Assembly: GCA_016188865.1 (NCBI GenBank)
Contig: JACPGX010000005.1
Span: forward strand, 179,317 to 243,316
Direction: 5' to 3'
Length of the DNA stretch: 64,000 nt
DNA from: Candidatus Nealsonbacteria bacterium
GTDB taxonomy: Bacteria > Patescibacteriota > Minisyncoccia > Minisyncoccales > MHMH01
The translations under genes were made by a program, and so were the position numbers. Of the stretch, positions 61,603-64,000 are shown in pieces (the stretch's first letter is position 1; each line of letters begins with the position of its first letter). The notes beneath the pieces were generated by a model. That model did no database searches. It saw nothing but the letters and a program-made list of their open reading frames with translations, and was not told where the DNA came from.

Positions 61603-62052
61603 TTAAAGAACCTCCTTGTCCCTTATCAAAATGCCGTCTAAATGGTCAATTTCATGCTGTAAAATTCTGGCATATAGGCCTTCCGCTTTAGTTTTGATTT
61701 TTTTTCCGTTTATGTCAAGCCCCTTCAACTCTACTTTCTTTACTCGCTTAACTTTTAACCAAACTCCCGGTAAAGAAAGGCATCCTTCTTCCATGATTTC
61801 AGTTTCTCTGCTTTTCTTTTTTAGTTGCGGATTAATAAAAACACGCGGCCCTTCAGCCGTTTGAGCCACGAACATTCTCTTTGAAACGCCAACTTGAGGA
61901 GCCGCTATACCCACGCCTTCCGGCTCTGTCTTTAGCATCGTTTCCATCATATCTTCAGACAATTTCTTTATTTCTGGAGTTATTTCCTTAATTTTTTCCG
62001 CTTTTTTCATTAAAACAGGCTCCGGATATTTTTTGATTTCTAGTATAGCCAT
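61603..62052 (-). CDS. def: Peptide deformylase
   Basis: GIAAPQVG, EGCLSLPG and HEIDHLDG motifs. Confidence 0.95.
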   Translation of the reverse strand: MAILEIKKYPEPVLMKKAEKIKEITPEIKKLSEDMMETMLKTEPEGVGIAAPQVGVSKRMFVAQTAEGPRVFINPQLKKKSRETEIMEEGCLSLPGVWLKVKRVKKVELKGLDINGKKIKTKAEGLYARILQHEIDHLDGILIRDKEVL

Positions 62053-62095
62053 ATCTTCGTTATTCTACCGTATTTTTGCAAAAAATCAAATAAAA

Positions 62096-62137
62096 GAGGT
62101 CCGATCTTCACTCAAATTTGAGAGGAGATCGGACCTC
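62096..62137. repeat. GAGGTCCGAC-family hairpin (copy D), terminator for the minus-strand upstream gene
   Basis: GAGGTCCGATCTTCACTCAAA / TTTGAGAGGAGATCGGACCTC then AAAATAT. On the minus strand it is followed by TTTTATTT. Confidence 0.8.
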
Positions 62138-62144
62138 AAAATAT

Positions 62145-62609
62145 TTAATCGTATTCTTCAATATACGGATCTTTAAGAATACCCGCTTTTCGTTCTGCTC
62201 CTAGAGCAATTTGATGAGCCTCTCCATATGGCATGCCTTTTTCCATCAGCTTAAACTCAGTTATTTCATGAATAACCGAACTTTCGAAATTCTTCTCTGA
62301 TATTCTGCGATCTTCCCTTACATTTTTACACGCGCAGCCATTGAAATGTTGAGCGCCAATCCAAATATGATTCATGGGTATTAAAAGATGAACAAAACCG
62401 TGGCCAGCATGCTCAAAATCTGCTATAAGATTATTTCTGATAAATTCCGTGTCAACTCTGTAAATTTCAAAGCCGTCTTGCTCTCTGATAAATGCAAGCA
62501 CCTTCCGTATTTCCAGGAATTTAGCTAAAGATGCAAGAAAATGCCCATCTTTATTTTTTGCCTTTTGCTGAATTTGCAATTCCCATATCGCCCATTCTTT
62601 CATTCTCAT
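62145..62609 (-). CDS. Hypothetical protein
   Basis: 154-aa ORF. His-rich segments (HAGHGFVHLL, VIHEITEF). No family recognised. Confidence 0.5.
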   Translation of the reverse strand: MRMKEWAIWELQIQQKAKNKDGHFLASLAKFLEIRKVLAFIREQDGFEIYRVDTEFIRNNLIADFEHAGHGFVHLLIPMNHIWIGAQHFNGCACKNVREDRRISEKNFESSVIHEITEFKLMEKGMPYGEAHQIALGAERKAGILKDPYIEEYD

Positions 62610-62610
62610 T

Positions 62611-63990
62611 TTACCTTAACTCCTCCACTTCTTTTTTAACGTACTTTTTGATTTTTCCCAAAACTTCTTTCATTTTACCGATAAAAACCAAAGATTCCTC
62701 CTGCATAGTCGGATCAATGTCTTTTGTGATAGGATTAATAAACTTTTCAAGGCTTCTTAAGTTTTCCTCTAATTTTATTAAATTATTTTCTAGAAGATTA
62801 TGCATTTTTTCAACATCACGAGCTATTATAATGGCATAAGATTCTCTTTTTTTCTTCAGTCCAAAATAATACCAGCCGTAAAAACCGGCTCCGGCAAAAA
62901 TCATCAAAATAATGATTATGAAAATTTCGAAGTAGCCGAAATCAACCGGCCCTATGGATAAAATAGTCCTTGGCCTGATTTTAAATTCCTCTGGCGCAGA
63001 AGGAAAACTTAAAGCGCCCCTCTCATCGCGGCTGGTAGCTGTAATCGTATAATCGCCTATTAATAAAGGTTCTTTCAGGGATAAGCCCCATTTGCCCGAA
63101 GTGTCTGTTTGGGCTGTTTGTTTTAAAACTTCCGCGGCTTTTGTATAAACCCTTAGGTCAACAAATGCACTGGGAAGAGCAGCGCCCGAAATAAACACTG
63201 CTTCATCCCGCGAAACTCTTTTGGTGACAAATTCAATAATCGGCGTAGGCAGAGCCAATATTTCAAATTCTAAATCATCCTCTACGCTGTTGCCGGCTAA
63301 ATCGAAAAAGCGAACCTTAAGTAATTTTTTGCCCGGCGGCTGAAGAGGAAGAATTAAGGATGTTTTTTTTGTTTCTATCGGTTCTTGATTGTCAACGTAA
63401 ATTAAGGCGCGAGACACTCCGGAAAGACTGTCAAATGTTTCAAAAAATATTTTCGGCGCAGGATTATCGTTTACTTCTTCGTCAACGCCCGCTTCGAAGG
63501 CCAAGGGAGGAGTAGTATCAATTGATATTTTATAATGAGTTTCGGGACCCCAGCCGATATTATTTTTAAACTGAACGTGAATATACCATACCCCTTCTGA
63601 AAGCTGGCCAAAAGATTTGCCGGTGAATAAATCAGTTTCGACATTTTCAGGCGATGTGCTCGGGATATGGTCAATGGCCGTGGCTATTTTTATAACATCG
63701 TCGGGAACATCCCAAAAAGTAACCACTTCGCCTAAATGGTTGTACCATCTTGATTCATCGGGGTACAAAGGAACGCGCAATTTCGGCTGGCTTGGCAAAC
63801 CAGCAGCTGGAACTGCTTCCCTCTCAATCGGTTGAGGCTGTTCAATTTGCGGCTGCTCCGCTGAAGGAGCTGCGGCTTCGGGAGCTTTTGGAGTAATAGC
63901 TTCTGGGCTTACCGCAATATTTGTTCCCTGAATCATAGAGAGCACGTTTGTTCCCCTGCCGTCATTAGCGGTAATTACCGCGTCATTCAT
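62611..63990 (-). CDS. Hypothetical surface protein with C-terminal TM anchor; possibly 5'-truncated by the window edge
   Basis: 459-aa ORF with a Pro/Ala/Gln-rich linker, beta-rich repeats, a TM helix (FEIFIIIILMIFAGAGFYGWYYF) and a coiled-coil tail. The frame stays open upstream of ATG 63990 to the window end. Confidence 0.6.
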   Translation of the reverse strand: MNDAVITANDGRGTNVLSMIQGTNIAVSPEAITPKAPEAAAPSAEQPQIEQPQPIEREAVPAAGLPSQPKLRVPLYPDESRWYNHLGEVVTFWDVPDDVIKIATAIDHIPSTSPENVETDLFTGKSFGQLSEGVWYIHVQFKNNIGWGPETHYKISIDTTPPLAFEAGVDEEVNDNPAPKIFFETFDSLSGVSRALIYVDNQEPIETKKTSLILPLQPPGKKLLKVRFFDLAGNSVEDDLEFEILALPTPIIEFVTKRVSRDEAVFISGAALPSAFVDLRVYTKAAEVLKQTAQTDTSGKWGLSLKEPLLIGDYTITATSRDERGALSFPSAPEEFKIRPRTILSIGPVDFGYFEIFIIIILMIFAGAGFYGWYYFGLKKKRESYAIIIARDVEKMHNLLENNLIKLEENLRSLEKFINPITKDIDPTMQEESLVFIGKMKEVLGKIKKYVKKEVEELR

Positions 63991-64000
63991 CGAAATTTCA

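Noticed and set aside
1-64000. Alternative genetic code (UGA as sense, as in some CPR lineages)
   Set aside because: TGA terminates many well-defined genes at the expected lengths (nusB, mraY, the yjbQ-like gene), and ATGA overlaps are common, so the standard bacterial code fits.

Overview
Gene-dense, low-G+C bacterial chromosome segment using the standard code (TGA stops, several ATGA start/stop overlaps). The gene content suggests a Patescibacteria/CPR-type genome, which is an inference: many small hypothetical membrane proteins, ribosomal proteins with tails, an archaeal-type AspRS and a reduced dcw cluster. Recognisable genes on the + strand are rnhB', rpmF, nusB, rnc, rpsP, rplI, pyrG, uppS, copA, recQ, panD, a Fe/Mn SOD, fmt and efp. 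On the - strand they are rpmA, xerC/D, gltX, murG, ftsW, murD, mraY, aspS, murC, thpR, rplL, rplJ, mltG, pcm and def. No rRNA genes or CRISPR arrays were seen. Seven observations stand out. (1) A complete tRNA-Ala(UGC) lies nested in the anticodon loop of a second, split tRNA-Ala-like gene (1999-2206). (2) A family of CGAGAAC/GTTCTCG palindromic elements sits in-frame inside at least six protein-coding genes (pyrG, murC, murD, mltG and others), reminiscent of Rickettsia palindromic elements. (3) A ~600-bp non-coding stretch (3417-4124) holds three promoter-to-terminator mini-units, one with a 6S-RNA-like rod architecture supported by a G-U bias. (4) A full LexA (HTH, Ala-Gly site, Ser/Lys S24 domain) is fused in-frame to a DNA methyltransferase and followed by a PD-(D/E)xK endonuclease, within an island that also has DinD-like, Cas4-like and RecQ genes. 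(5) A G+C-rich orphan gene with its own consensus promoter and Shine-Dalgarno sequence is inserted antisense in the dcw cluster. (6) A duplicated wHTH-metallophosphoesterase protein is followed by an HNH-like gene and, behind an intrinsic terminator, a single-ring Clp-type AAA+ ATPase gene. (7) A conserved hairpin family (GAGGTCCGAC...GTCGGACCTC) marks gene ends. All functional assignments come from motif reading by eye, with no database searches.
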